From Chiloscyllium plagiosum (lineage: Eukaryota), in NCBI RefSeq assembly GCF_004010195.1, contig NC_057718.1:28206061-28270060 (forward strand): a stretch of 64,000 nt of DNA, written 5' to 3'. This document shows, piece after piece, positions 11,229-24,699 of the stretch (positions are counted from its first letter, which is position 1; the number at the start of each line of letters is the position of its first letter). The notes under the pieces were generated by a model. That model did no database searches. It was not told the origin of the DNA and was given only the letters and a program-made list of their open reading frames with translations. The translations under genes and the position numbers were made by a program.

Positions 11229-14200
11229 ATGGCTAAGGATGTGTTTAAGTGGTGCACCTGGAATATTAAGGGGAGTCATCCGCCTGTCAAGAGGAAGAAG
11301 GTACATTCCAGCCTTTAAAGGGAGAAGGTGGATGTTGCTTTATTACAAGAAACACACCTGGATGATACAGAGCATTTGAAGCTGCAATAGAATGGGTATG
11401 ACTGGGTTTATTTTCCATCTTTCAAGATGAGGAGTAAAGGGGTGGCCATTTTAGTTGGAGAGAATCTCCCATTTAAGTTATTAGAGTGCATTAAAGACAC
11501 ACACAGAAGATTGGTAATCCTTAAAGATTTGATACATGGGAAGAATATGGGATCTTAAATGTTTACTGTCCCCCGGCCCACCCCTTATATTTTTGACAGA
11601 TGCACTTTCTAGATGGGTTAACCTTGCATCTCAACATATCATAGGAGGGGATTTCAATTGTCTCATACACCCTATGGTAGACAGATTGCCCAAAGGCCCA
11701 CCGATGTTTTCTTTGCAATCTAAGGGATCTGTGTACTGAATTGGGTTTGGTAGATATTTAGAGGCACTTTCACCCTACTGACGAGGACTTGCTGTCGAAC
11801 CCACATAAATGCCATTTCAGGATTGATCTTTTTCTGACCCCCCGCAGCACATCTGGGCTCAGTGGTATCATGCACAATTGGCGCTATCACTATTTCTGAT
11901 CATGGTTAAGAGTAAGGGTACGGTAATAGGCTCGAGGGACTGACAACTGGACCCCTTCATCCTCAAAGAGAGCAAGTTTACTGAATTCTTTTCTACTGAG
12001 TTCAGGGGTTATTTAGATGTTAGGTAAAAACAATGACTGCAGATGCTGGAAACCAGATTCTGGATTCGTGGTGCTGGAAGAGCACAGCAGTTCAGGCAGC
12101 ATCCGAGGAGCAGTAAAATCGACATTTCGGGCAAAAGCCTTTCATCAGGAATATTTAGATGTTAATTCAGGCTCAGCTAGTAGTCCATCCATTCTTTGGG
12201 AAACAGCTAAAGCCTATGCTTGGAGGTTGATTATTTTGTATTCAGCCAGTAAGAAACAACGGATGGATGAGCAGTAATGCTGGCTCGAGATATGTCTGAA
12301 AGTAGCTGAAAAGGCATACTTTGACAGGCCCTCGCTGGTTAAACTGCAGAGGATCACGGCACTTCAGTCTACACTGAACTCTATGCTCACATGGACAGCC
12401 AAGAGGAAGACTGCATTTGCAAGTCAAAGGCTGTTTGAGTATGGGGATAAGCCAGGCAAGTACCTAACGTATCTTGCTCGGAAAAGGAGTGCCCCCCCCC
12501 CCCCCCCAAAGCCATTACCTCAATTAGGGAGGACACTGGAAACTTAACCTACGATTCTAAAAGGATTAATGCAGCATTCTGGAAATTTTACTCAGAACTA
12601 TACCTATCTGAAAGCTGTGAGAGTGGGCTGGTTTGGATGGATTTTTTTTTAAGAATTTGGATCTTCTGGGAGTGACCCCTGAACAAGAGTCTCTCCTCAA
12701 TGCCCCATCGTCAGAGGAGGCAGCTCCAGAATGGAAAGGTACCGGATCCTGAGGGACTCCCCAGTGAGTTTTATAAGGAATTTATAAGTATATTGTCAGG
12801 GCTGATGCTTGGAATGTTTAATGACACACATAGTCGTGGCCTCCTCCCAGCATCAGTAAGAGAGGCAAACACCTCTCTCATTCTTATAGAGGGAAGGCCC
12901 CGGAGGACTGTGCTTCCTATGGGCCCATTTCACTCCTGAATGTCGACTTCAAAATCCTATCCAACACTCTGGCAATAAGGCTAGAAACGCTACTGCCCTC
13001 TGTCATTAAGGAGGGGTTCATAAAAGGTCACAGATGGACGGATAATGTCAGGAGATTATGTAACATGATCCAAATATGTCAACAGTGATCGGTACAGGGA
13101 TTGGTGATCTCCCTGGAAGCGGAAAAGGCATTTGACAGGGTCAAGTGGCCATATCTTTTTGATAATTTGAAGCGGTTTGGCCTGGGAGAGACCTTCATCA
13201 GGTGGCTGGAGGTTTTGTGTAGTGATCCCCTTGCCGCGGTCCTGACCAATGGTGTACGGTCAAACAATTCTAATATTTGTTGGGGCAGTCACAGGGCTGT
13301 CCCTTCTCACCGCTGCTTTTCACGTTGGTGATCGAACCGCTAGCGAAGGCAGTACATAGAGATCCCAATATAACTGCTCCAGAAGTGAGGACGAAGTCAC
13401 ATAAGATGGCATTGTATGCAGATGGCGTTCTTGTCTACTTATCAAACCCAACAGTCTCAGTGCCACACCTGATACAATACGTTAATTTATTTGATGGCTT
13501 TTCTGGTTACAAGATCAACTTTGTGAAATCAAAGGCCATGCCCAAGCTTGGTCTCTCGAGAGTGCCTGATCCTGAGGGCAGATCTCAGTCCCACTTTAGA
13601 TGATCACAGGAGGGCTACCTCTATGTAGGTATATTTATTACTCCCGTTTTTGATCAGCTATTTGAAACTAATTTTGTCTATTTATTTGGCAGAATCAAGC
13701 AGGACCTTTGTAGACAGAAGGCACTTCCACTGTCTTGGTTAGGTTGGATAGCCCTCATTAAAATGAACATTCTGCCCTGCCTGTTGTATCCATTGTGAGT
13801 GCTTCTTCTGCTTTTTACTAAACAAATATATAAGGCTGAACGGCTGATTCAGTTCTTTTATCTGGTATCGCAAGTGATCTCTACTTAAAATGACTAAATT
13901 GCAGTTACCTTACAGACTGGGAGGAGTGGGCCTCCCAGATATCAAAAATTATCAATTAAGTTCATTGCTATCTTACGTGAATGCTCGGGCTTGGGTGGGG
14001 TAGGGGTGGGGTGTGGTACATCCACTCACTTGTTTGGGCATCGACGCATCTCAGGCAAGATGCCCCCTTATTAGCCTGCTGTTCTTAGACAGAATGAGAA
14101 CAGTTAAGGGATATTGCCATTGCCCAATAGTCATCAATACTGTCAAGGCATGGAGGGCAATGCGTCAGGGTGAGGGCAATATTGCCATAATATCATTTTT

Positions 14201-15120
14201 GATGCCCACAGTTGGTTTGCTGGGTTTTCTGCCAGAGATGATGGACTTGGGGTTTAAACCCCACGGGCAGCTAGGGCAATGTCTTGCCTGGGTGATTCAT
14301 TCAAAGGGGATGTCTTGATGTCCTTTGACCAGCTGGCACGGAAATATGAATTGTTCAATAGGGACCTCTTTTGTTCTTTTCAAATTAGAAATTTCATACA
14401 AAAAAAGACCACACTTCTAACTGTTCCTCATAGGTCCGACATGGAGAAGAGGGTGTTGAGTGCTGAGAGTACATTATCTGTTAGCAACGCCTATCATCTA
14501 TTAGGAATGGGTCTCTTGGATGAGACCGAACGGCTCTGGAAGGTATGGGAGAGGGAGTTGGACATTGAGATCTCTTCTGAAATGTGCGAGGATATCTGGG
14601 AAAATGCAAGAAGGATTTCTATTTGCAACAGGATGCTCTCCACAGGATCCATCTGGCCCCAGACCGCCTCGCTAAATTTAAAGTGGGAGCATCTCCAATG
14701 TGTCCTAAATCTAAAGTGAGCATGGACACGCTAACTCATTGTCTTTGGTCCTGCCACAGTCTGCAGGCATACTGGAGCATTGTTGTAGGCAAAATAGAGA
14801 AAGCCTTGGGGTTGGAGGTGCAGATGGACCCAGTATCTCTTCTTCTTGGCTTTGTTAATTCACTTTCATTAGATGTACACAAAAAAAGGCTTTTCAGTAT
14901 CCTCACTTTTTGTGCAAGAAAGAACATTCTATTAGGGTAGGTGTCGGAAAATCCCCCGTGGCTAGTGGGCTGGCATAAGGTAGTCATGGAGCCCATCCTC
15001 TTGAACTTTCTTGTGAATATGGTGCACCATAAAACTGAGAAGTTTTATAAGACATGACAGTCCATTTTGGGGTATCTGGGTACAGATTTATCTGCCATAC
15101 TAATAAGAGCTTTTAAATAG
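11229..15120 (+). pseudogene. L1-type ORF2 (APE endonuclease + reverse transcriptase + CCHC), many stops and frameshifts
   Basis: MAKDVFKWCTWNIKG, DVALLQETHL, IIGGDFN; RT motifs ISLEAEKAFDRVKW, QGCPFSPLLF, ALYADG; C-terminal MCPK...TLTHCLWSC. Confidence 0.9.
12023..12151 (-). mobile_element. Penelope-like hammerhead unit inserted in L1 ORF2, 13-bp TSD
   Basis: Minus strand CTGATGA-AAGGC-TTTT-GCCC-GAAATGTC; TSD TATTTAGATGTTA at 12010-12022 and 12152-12164. Confidence 0.88.
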
Positions 15121-17151
15121 CCATGACATTTCAATGGTATCCAGAGAGAAGGAACTACAAACATATGAATATTTAGAAACTTATGCGCTCGATGATCAAG
15201 AGCTATTGCTTTGTTTTGCTGAGCTGTGTTATGATTATTAAGATTTTCCTTTTTTAGCTTATTCGTTATTATTTATTAATTTATGTAATTAGTGGGTTTG
15301 TTTCTTAACATTGATTTGAATTATTTGGTATTGTTTCTGTTGTAATATTCAGAAGAAAAAAAATTCCTTTTTTTACTAAAAATATATTTTAAAAAAAAGA
15401 AGGCAGCTCACCACCACCTTCTCAAATACAAGTAGGAATGGGCAATGAATGCTGACCCAGCTAACAATGCCCACGTCCCACAAGAGAATTCAAGAAATGG
15501 CACTGTTTGGTCATCCGACCCCCCGTCCTGTCACTGTAAAAAAATGGAAATGGGTGAGGATTTTAGATTTTTTTTAGATCATTATTATGAATCTGAAACA
15601 AAGGCACTTAAAATACACCTCTACCCTGCGCCCACTGCCCTTTACCTTCCTGATCCTGAAAGACAATCAGCTGAAACACTGGTGTGTCAGTATGGCTGTT
15701 CACTTACACCTTGCTGCATGCCATGAATGTTCAGTCGTGAATGGAATACTTGATCATCTGGGCGGCACTCACCTATCTCTTTCGTAAGCAGGTTTTTATT
15801 CATTTAATTTTAAAAGAATAAATCAATGCAACATTCATTAACTTCAGCGGGAATCTGCTCCAAGTGTCCTCGCATGTCTCGGCAAAGCCAGGTTTAAAAA
15901 CCAAATGATATTTAGGACAAGATTTTTAAGAGCACAATGTTGTCTTCATCTTAGCCTCATACCTTAATGCTTTGAGTTTTCTTAGAATCATTGATGCAAT
16001 CGTCCCCTTCAAATGATATCCATTCAAAATATGCACCCTCATAAATTTTCTTGCTCGTTAAAGGCAGTTATATGACTGCTAAGGAATATGATTTCTGCAT
16101 TGATCACCCAACATTCAAATGGAACCCAAACTATTTCAGACAGAATAATTCGCAATAATTATGTAAATCAATGGACCTAACTTCCACCATATTTAAGTAC
16201 CTTTTCCAACAAGCCTCTACAATTCTGATTCAGACGTTTAACATCAACAAATGCAAGGAATTCTAAAAAGAAATTCAGACATGCACTCTGCTAGCAAAGC
16301 CAACATTTATTGCCAATCTTGAGTTGCCCTTGAGAAAGTGTTTGGGAGCCACCTTCCTACCCACAGTGCCGATAGGCAGCAAGTTCCATGATACTTCAGA
16401 TGGCAGAACATTAAAAATAGAAAATGAAAATAGAAGGTTCCAGTCAGCATCTGAAAGAGAAATATTCAGATCTGAGTGGAAGCCTTTAGTGAAGAATCAG
16501 ACAGAAATATTAATTTAGTTTGCTGTTTCAGTAATTGACTAAGCCTCGTGTGAATCTTATACTGATCTTATTTCTTTATTTCCATTTTCTAGCAATTTCA
16601 GTTCCTCTTTTGAGCCATTTAAAACACAATTTAGTTCCTTGGTAATAAAAGAAAACTCAGAATTCAAAGGGTTAATTTAGCCAGATCATCTGAAGTACTG
16701 GTCCTTTGTCACCTAATGTGAGGCATAATGGCAATGATAATCTGAACATAATCAATGTGCAGATAGCTTCAGTTAGATATTTTCCATAAGCGTTTCAGGG
16801 TCAGCTTGCTGCCTCCAGACTTGTTCCCATAGAGATAGAGATTTGCATATTCCACTGTAATTTTCAGTCTTGGAGCTCACTATCTGAAGAATATAAAGCT
16901 GCAATTCACTACAAATTGTTCAGGCAAATATTTGGACAGCATAGCTTCAATATTGAGTGGTACAGCTGTAGTTTGGAAAAAAAAAATTCTCATCTATTTT
17001 CTCCCCTTCTCTCAATCTCAGGTTCCATTTCTGTGTGAATATAGAAGCTACTCTCTGGTATCTTACATTAATAAGTAATTGTTATTGCTGCAATGGATTT
17101 GACACGGACAGTAATTGGACTATTTATACAATGAAGGATTAATATCTTCAA

Positions 17152-17255
17152 GGATGATGAACAGCCATACTGGATTTGAAACTTTAACTCTGTTTTGCCT
17201 CCACAGATGCTGCCAGACCTGCTGAGTTTCTCCTGCATTCTCTGTGTTTGTTTAA
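17152..17255 (+). mobile_element. Decayed Penelope-like hammerhead unit
   Basis: GATGATGAACAGCCATACTGGATTTGAAACTTTAACTCTG...CACAGATGCTGCCAGACCTGCTGAG. Confidence 0.6.
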
Positions 17256-19687
17256 CTGAGGAAATAGTGAGCAGAGATTAGGATTAGAAAAAAATGGTTC
17301 TGTCTCCATATCCTTCCTTCTATCCAAACTGAATTGGGCTATGTCAGCACAGACTCTCTGGAGGATGTGATCTAACTGGGAAACCTCTCAAATTACTGTA
17401 TGAAAGGACAACGATAGGTTGCATAAAGATAAACTATTTTCACTGTTTGGGGAGAATTTGACTAAGCGGTATTATCTAACAACTGGGAGAAGGCCTTCCA
17501 AGAGTGAATATATTAAGCACTTCTACCCACAGACTGCTAGGGATTTGGGATCCTCTTCCATAAACTTAGTGGCAGGTCAACTGTTCATTTTAAATCTGAG
17601 ACTGACAGATTTTTGTAAACCAACGATATTAAGGAATATGGGCATAGGTAAGTGTATTGACTTAGCCACAGATTAGCCATGTTCTCATTGAATGAAGGCA
17701 GGACAGTCTCACCAATCTTAATTTGTCTACTCATAGAGTCAGACAGTCACACAGCACAGAAACAGACCCTTTGGCCTCACCAGTCCATGCCAACCAAATG
17801 CTCCCATTCCTATCTCACAATATTCCTAATTGTGAACGGTGCAAGTCCAAATTTTCAATATCTGTGTAATATCTAACATATTTCAATATCAATATCTAAC
17901 TTATTCCACAATCCTATTAGAACTTGAGTCATAAAACTCTTCCTGATTTTTGTCTTAATTCTTAAAATTCCTCGTTTTAAACTCATGTTTCGTTGCACCT
18001 CAACATAGTCACAGTGAATAGACCGCCTGGACCAGTTTTGACAATTCCCTTCGTAATCCTGAAACACAAGACATTATATATTGTTCTGTTAATTATGGTG
18101 AATGACAACAGGATATGTTAAGTGTTATAGTGATCCTTTTAATGTACATTTCTGTCTTCAACCCAGATTCCAATTTAGCTAATCCTGACTGATTATGTGG
18201 CACTTGTAAAGTTTTATGATTTTCATCAAACATGAGCATACACAACAGTAATTTGAACTCCTGAACAAAGAAACATTCTGAAATTAATTTAACACAACCG
18301 TAAGTATAAATGGGCATGCAAAATACAAATTAATTGGTGTACTAAATGATGCTTGGATTATTGACAATCTGTAGCAGCAGAACTAATTTATAATGTATTA
18401 ATTAGTCAGTTTTGAAGAATTGGATTTGAAGTTAAATCCGGGGGGTCGGTATAAGGCTTTTGTGATCAGAATAATCATGTCTTCATATTCTGGTTTGATT
18501 CAGTGACAACAGTTTTACTTTGCAACATTGTGTGTTCAAATCTCCTGCGTCTTCAAGGGAGTGAGTCATTCACTAGACTAGCCAAATGAGGAAATGAGTT
18601 GCTAAAGAAAGTGACCCCCTGGCCTAATTCTCCTCTGAGGACAGGAATAGCAGGAGTGTTATGAGACTGATGGAAAGCTTATGCCATCCCTCCCGCTATC
18701 TCAGCCCAGTCTGTTTCCTAACATGAGGACCCCTGGAGAAAAGCTCAGCAGCCGATAGCTCAGCCAACTTGATCTCTGCAGGTAACCTTAGTGCTGCATA
18801 AATGTCATAAAATCATGAAGAGATAAAATGGTTACAATGTAGTAGGAGGCTGTTAGACCTATCATCTCCATGACAGCTCTCTGGGAGATAACTCAGTGAG
18901 GCCACTCCCCTGCCTTTTCCCTACTGCCCTGCAAATCTTTGATTTTCACACAAATACAGTGAAATCCCGATGAGGCGAGTCACAGGGAATCCATCCATAA
19001 ATTTGTTTTAAGCAGAGGTTTGGGATAACCAAGTAAACCCCAATGTAACCTGGTTCGCCGTTATATGTACTCCATTGCAAAAAAGAACCCAAATGAAAAC
19101 ACAGTAAAGCAGTAAACATGAGAATTTGTTTTTTTATGATTCAATGTTCTCACACTTTACAATGGCATGAGGTTGTAAAAGACAATGAAAAATGTCAAGG
19201 GCTAACTCCAGAAAAACATTTTTCGTATTCATTCCCGGAATGTGGATCTCAGTGACTGGCTCTGCATTTATTGCCCATCATTGATTACTATCAAGAAGGT
19301 GGTCAAAAAACTGCTTTCTTGAACCGTTGCAGTCACATAGATGTAGGGACGTGCACAGTGCTATTAGAGGAAACATTTCAGGAAATAGACCCAGTGATAG
19401 TGAAGAAATGGCAATATAGTTCCAAGTTGCAATGGTGTGTGACTTAACGGGGGATCATACAGGTTCTGGTACTCTTCCCATTAATCTGCTGAGCTTTGCC
19501 TTCTGGATGGTATAAGTTGGGGGTTTAAAAGGTGAAGTTGAAAGAGCATGATGAATTATTGCAGTTAGTTGTACATACAGCCTGCTGCTGTGTGTCAGCA
19601 GTGAAGGGAGTGAACTGGAAGAGATTTCACTCCTTTAATGCCTATCTTGTTTGTGACCATTGCCAGCATTTCCTGTAGGTATGTACA

Positions 19688-19813
19688 TTCCTAATGAAGG
19701 GCTTATGCCCAAAATGTTGACTCTCCTGCTCCTCAGATTCTGCCTGACCTGCTGTGCTTTTCCATCACCACACTCTCGACTCTGATCTCCAGCATCTGTA
19801 CTCCTCACTTTCT
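19688..19813 (+). mobile_element. Penelope-like hammerhead unit (mutated core)
   Basis: TTCCTAATGAAGGGCTTATGCCCAAAATGTTG...CTCCAGCATCTGTACTCCTCACTTTCT. Confidence 0.8.
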
Positions 19814-19993
19814 ACTCTTCAGTGCTAGTATTTGTATCATTCAGCTAGGGGTGGCCTGTGTTCCCATTTGTTCCAGCAGTATGTAATAACAATTCTGAAC
19901 ATGTTAATATAAAAATATGTACCCTGAGTGATTGACGTCCAACAACTACAACAATCTTCCTATATAGGTAAAAACAAGGACTGCAGATGCTGG

Positions 19994-20493
19994 NNNNNNN
20001 NNNNNNNNNNNNNNNNNNNNNNNNNNNNNNNNNNNNNNNNNNNNNNNNNNNNNNNNNNNNNNNNNNNNNNNNNNNNNNNNNNNNNNNNNNNNNNNNNNNN
20101 NNNNNNNNNNNNNNNNNNNNNNNNNNNNNNNNNNNNNNNNNNNNNNNNNNNNNNNNNNNNNNNNNNNNNNNNNNNNNNNNNNNNNNNNNNNNNNNNNNNN
20201 NNNNNNNNNNNNNNNNNNNNNNNNNNNNNNNNNNNNNNNNNNNNNNNNNNNNNNNNNNNNNNNNNNNNNNNNNNNNNNNNNNNNNNNNNNNNNNNNNNNN
20301 NNNNNNNNNNNNNNNNNNNNNNNNNNNNNNNNNNNNNNNNNNNNNNNNNNNNNNNNNNNNNNNNNNNNNNNNNNNNNNNNNNNNNNNNNNNNNNNNNNNN
20401 NNNNNNNNNNNNNNNNNNNNNNNNNNNNNNNNNNNNNNNNNNNNNNNNNNNNNNNNNNNNNNNNNNNNNNNNNNNNNNNNNNNNNNNNNNNNN
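19994..20493. other. Assembly gap (500 N)
   Basis: Run of N. Confidence 1.
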
Positions 20494-20603
20494 ATGCCCG
20501 AAACATCGATTCTCTTGCTCCTTTGATACTGCCTGATCTGCTGCGCTTTTCCAGCAACACATTTTTAAGCTCTGATCTCCAGCATCTGCAGTCCTCACTT
20601 TCT
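20494..20603 (+). mobile_element. Penelope-like hammerhead unit, truncated by gap
   Basis: ATGCCCGAAACATCGATTCTC...CTCCAGCATCTGCAGTCCTCACTTTCT. Confidence 0.85.
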
Positions 20604-22132
20604 TCTGGCCCTGACAGAACCCAAACTGTCATCAGTAAGTAGGTTATCATTGAATAAGTGCTGTCTCTGAGGACACATTCCATCAATTTACTGATGATTG
20701 AGAGTAGATTGATTGTGCAGTAATTGGCTGGGTTGAATCTGTCCTGCTTTTTGTGAACAGAGTATAACATGTTCCAAGTTCCCACATTGTCAGGTAGATG
20801 CCAATGTTGCAGCTGTACTTGAACAGCTTGGAGTGGTGTGCACAGCTATTTCTGGAGCACATTTGATCAAATGATGGCAGGATGCAGAACCTTTCCATTA
20901 ACCAGTGCCTCAGGAATTTCTTGACACCACATGGAATGATTTGAATTGGCTGAAGGCTGGCCTCTGTGATACTGGGGATCTCAAGAGTAGATCAAGTTAG
21001 ATTGTCCACTTGGCACGTCTGACTGAAGATAGTTGCAAATGTTTTGGCCTCACCTTATACTCTTATGTGTAGGGTTGCCTCATTATTGAGGATGGGAGCA
21101 TTTGTTGAACCTCCTCAATTAATTGTCCACCATCATTCCTGAGTTGATGTGGCAGAACTGCAGAGCTGACATCTGATCTTGCAGGTGTGGATGTATTGAT
21201 CTGTCTATAACTTACTGTTTACGCTATCTTTGCTAGAACATACCTGATGTATTGTGACCAGTTTTGTTCTCCTTAGCTAAGAAAAGATACACTCTTCACA
21301 GAGGGAGTGTGGCAAAAGATTCACCAGTCTGATTCCTGTCAGATTTGTTGTATGAGAAGAGACATGATTAGGCATGCTCTTATTTTCTATGTTTCTATTA
21401 TTCATCAGTTGAGGAGGGGAGGGGTAGGTATGTGGCAATCAGCAGGAGGTTACCTTGCTCATATTTGACCTGACACCATGAGACTTTGTAAGCTGCAATG
21501 TATCGAATGTATCTCAATATTCACAGAATCATAACATTGTTATAGGACAGAAGCGAATTGATCCATGGTGTTGAGGCTGGCTTTCCAATGAAACAATTGT
21601 TATGGTGTCAGCAAATGGTAATACTGGATTTATAGATAATATGCTTAATTTTTAAATGTATTTGCTGCGGTGCTTAGACACTGGAATAAATTCACACAAA
21701 GTTGCAAATGTTGAGCAAGAGAACATTGATCTATTACACAAAAGAAAAATAAAACAAAGTTTTAACTTGTTTCTCAATGTTACTCTTTCACAGATACATA
21801 ACCCCAGAGAAATGTCACTGACATCTCAACTCTTTCATAGCTTCCTTAACTGACTTCTCCCAGTTTCCTTTTCTTTGATTGCTGAGAGAGATTTATGATA
21901 CTTCTCAGGATATGGTGACTTGAACATTTTCCACATCTGATGGCTTAGAATTTTTTTTAAGTTTTAACAGCTTGAAGATTTCCATAAAAACTTTCTTGGC
22001 TTTGAAACTTAACAAACTAAGATCACTTCTGCTGAGGTGGGTAGTTTCCCTGAATTGACATCTTGATTTTCCTGTTAGGAGAAATTCTTCTTCTGTCTAA
22101 ACTGAACTCCTGATTCTTCGAAGCTATTTTAT

Positions 22133-22457
22133 TGGTGGCATCTGCATTGGCAAGGTTCATCGAGGACTCATGGTGGCGAGAGCATCAGTGGAGGCCAGAT
22201 GGCGCTGATGAGTGGCTATGGCAAAGGGACCCATGCCAAGGCACCAGGTCCATGGTCCATGCGGGAGCACTTAACAAGATGGACTGTAAAGTTGAATACT
22301 TTTTCTTTATTTCTTCATTTTTTTTGTCTTTATCTTCTAAGTTTTGGTTTATTATTCTGAGTTTTAAGATGTCACCGGAGAGTGGTGACACTATACAGCA
22401 CTTTTCACTGTTTTTTTGTAAGAAAATATATCTGACAATAAATAAATCAAATCAAAT
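22133..22457 (+). mobile_element. Non-LTR element 3' end with AATAAA(TCAAA)n tail (family uncertain)
   Basis: CACTTTTCACTG...TGACAATAAATAAATCAAATCAAAT retroposon-type tail. Confidence 0.5.
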
Positions 22458-23150
22458 AAACAAATGGCCTCAGACCTGTTGTAAACTGAGAAGTAGAACA
22501 TTCCATCCATTAATACCAAAACTCTGCACATCTCCTTGGAAATAATATATATATGTCACTGTTCCAAATGACTTTCTGACCTTTTTATTAAAAGTTTCCT
22601 TCACAGACCTGACCAAAATAAATGTTTTTCTTTTAATATCCAAATCTTAAATGATGGTACATATATAATTCACCTTTTTTATCACAAAATGCACCTTAAG
22701 CTGTTTCCCTGCCTTCTCCCCGTAACGGTAAATATTCTTCCTTTGTAGAAAGTCATCCAATTCTCTCTTCAATACTTCAAATACATCCGATTCTGCCTCA
22801 GTCTAAGGCAAAGCATTCCGAGATCTTAATCACTCACCTAGTGAAAGGGTTTTGCTATATGCCTCCATCGCTTTCAGACAACATTGAATTATGAGGCTGG
22901 AGACTGCTTATACAGAATCAGGCATATTGTGCAATCAGAACTATACCTAACCTGGATAAAATTTTGGTTGATGGCCTGAAAACTAGGATTTAAATATGTC
23001 ACTCACACTAGAGGAAAATTGGATGTGGGATGCTCTTCATCTTTATAAAGCTCTTCCAAAGGTTTTTTGGTGAAGCAACACATTTCTTCCCAACTACCAG
23101 ACATCATGGTCTGCATTCCCTCATAATATTGTTATCTCTAGCTCCCCAGA

Positions 23151-23488
23151 GGACGGCATGGTGGTTCACAGCGCTAGGGACCCGGCTTCGATTCCGGCCT
23201 CGGGCGACTATCTGTGTGGAATTTGCACATTCTGCCTGCGTCTACGTGGGCTTCCTCCGGGTGCTCCAGTTTCCTCCCACAATTCAAAGATGTGCAGGTT
23301 AGGTGAATTGGTCATGCTATATTGCCCATAGCGTTCAGAGATGTGTAAGGTATGTGCATTAGTCAGGAGTAAATGTAGAGCAACAGGTTTGGGGAATAGG
23401 TCTGAGTGGGTTACTCTTCGGAGGGTTGGTATGGACTTGTTGGACCAAATGGCCTGTTTCTACACTGTAGGGATTCTATGGATTCTAT
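23151..23488 (+). mobile_element. HE1-type V-SINE
   Basis: tRNA-like head with B-box-like GGCTTCGATTCC; V-domain TGTGTGGAATTTGCACATTCT...CCTCCGGGTGCTCCAGTTTCCTCCCAC; CR1-derived tail GGACCAAATGGCCTGTTTCTACACTGTAGGGATTCTATG. Confidence 0.9.
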
Positions 23489-24341
23489 AAATCAAACCAC
23501 TGGAGTTCTCCTGTCTTTGTTATTATTATTTAAGAATTTTAATATATTTGCAAGTACTTACCTGTTTGATTAAATTACAATATTTTCCTACAGTAATTTC
23601 TACTGATAGCCCCATGAGATTACTCTTTGTACTCTCACTTGATGAGTAATTCCATTTTTGAATTTATTTTCCATATCATTTTATTCTAGAAATCCTTTGT
23701 AAACATTTTGGTCCCAATGCCATCATTTAGCACTTCGTTAGGTGATTTAATCACAATGAATTAATAATAATGAGGTTGTCAAGAAACAGCTGGAAAAAAA
23801 TAATCCAGGTTCAACTTGCAACAACCTTTGGTTGCTCCATATTGAGGCAGATGTCTGATAATACCCTATCATTCCCTTATGATTTGCTTTGCCATTTGTC
23901 ACTAGAACTCAGATTTTAATGCTTCCATTTTTTTCACTTCCCATGATAGGAGGATGTGTGCTGCAGAATCAACCAAAAAATGCAACCAAATGTTGCCCAG
24001 CAATATCACCAATACCATTTGACTGAAGTCCTTCATCCTTCTCTATTTCTGGTGACATTGGCAGCAATCTAATACTTTGTCTTATGCTTCATCTGTAATC
24101 CTAGAGGGCGAATCTCAGCAGACCTTTTAACTAGAGAGTGTTTCACATCCTGATCAAATTTTGTCACCCACCAAGTGCCAGATACCTTGCGACAAACACA
24201 CACACACATCCATATAAACACATACACACTAGTCAGCAAACTCAACACAGTCCACGCTCAAACTTACTAAGCTAGATGTTATCCCCCTTCAATATGCAGC
24301 AGCGTGATCATGAGTATAGCTGATACCTCTTGTAAATATCA

Positions 24342-24640
24342 AAAACAGCAACTTATATTTAAATAGCACCTTGAATGTAATAAATCGTTCCAGGTCACAT
24401 TACAAGAATATTATACCATAATCTGTTGCTACGCTACATTAAAATCTAGTTCAGCAAGTGACCAAAGGATTGCTCAGACAGAAAGATTTTAAAGAGTATC
24501 TGTGTAGAGAGGTGAGGAGCTTTAGGGGTACAATAAACAGTTGAAAGCATGGCAAAGGCAGAGCAATTAAAATCTACAATTTGCAAGAGGATAGCATTCA
24601 ACAAGCACTGAGGTCTCAGATAGTTTTAGACCTTAAGGTG
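24342..24640 (-). mobile_element. L2-like LINE 3' end
   Basis: CAACTTATATTTAAATAGCACCTTGAATGTAATAAA, the reverse complement of an L2-type terminus. Confidence 0.6.
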
Positions 24641-24699
24641 AAGGAACCCTTCAGAGGCAGTGATCATAATATGATTTGATTTACTCTGCAATTTGAGAG

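Larger units (their letters stand above)
9872..15400 (+). mobile_element. Near full-length decayed L1/Tx1-clade LINE
   Basis: 5' GGGAATCCAAGATGGCGG; ORF1 remnant; ORF2 with APE, RT and CCHC motifs; A-rich tail 15391-15398; AGGCAGCT duplicated at 9864-9871 and 15401-15408. Confidence 0.92.
19228..21230 (-). mobile_element. Fragmented CR1/L2-superclade LINE (second family), interrupted by Penelope-like units and the gap
   Basis: 3' tail ATTTATTGCCCATC...TTCTTGAACCGTTGCAGTC at 19260-19335; RT-start motif KKQDRFNPANYCTINLLSIISKLME at about 20680-20755. Confidence 0.65.

Noticed and set aside
15963..16075. Possible minus-strand exon ending AAG|GTATGA
   Set aside because: All three frames from the candidate acceptor hit stops, and no protein was recognised.
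16841..16848. Octamer ATTTGCAT suggesting an immunoglobulin promoter
   Set aside because: No leader exon, V segment or recombination signal visible downstream.
19928..20785. Long ORFs of 179-279 aa
   Set aside because: Artefacts of reading through 500 N.
23151..23200. tRNA gene
   Set aside because: It is the partly deleted tRNA-derived head of a SINE, with no complete cloverleaf.
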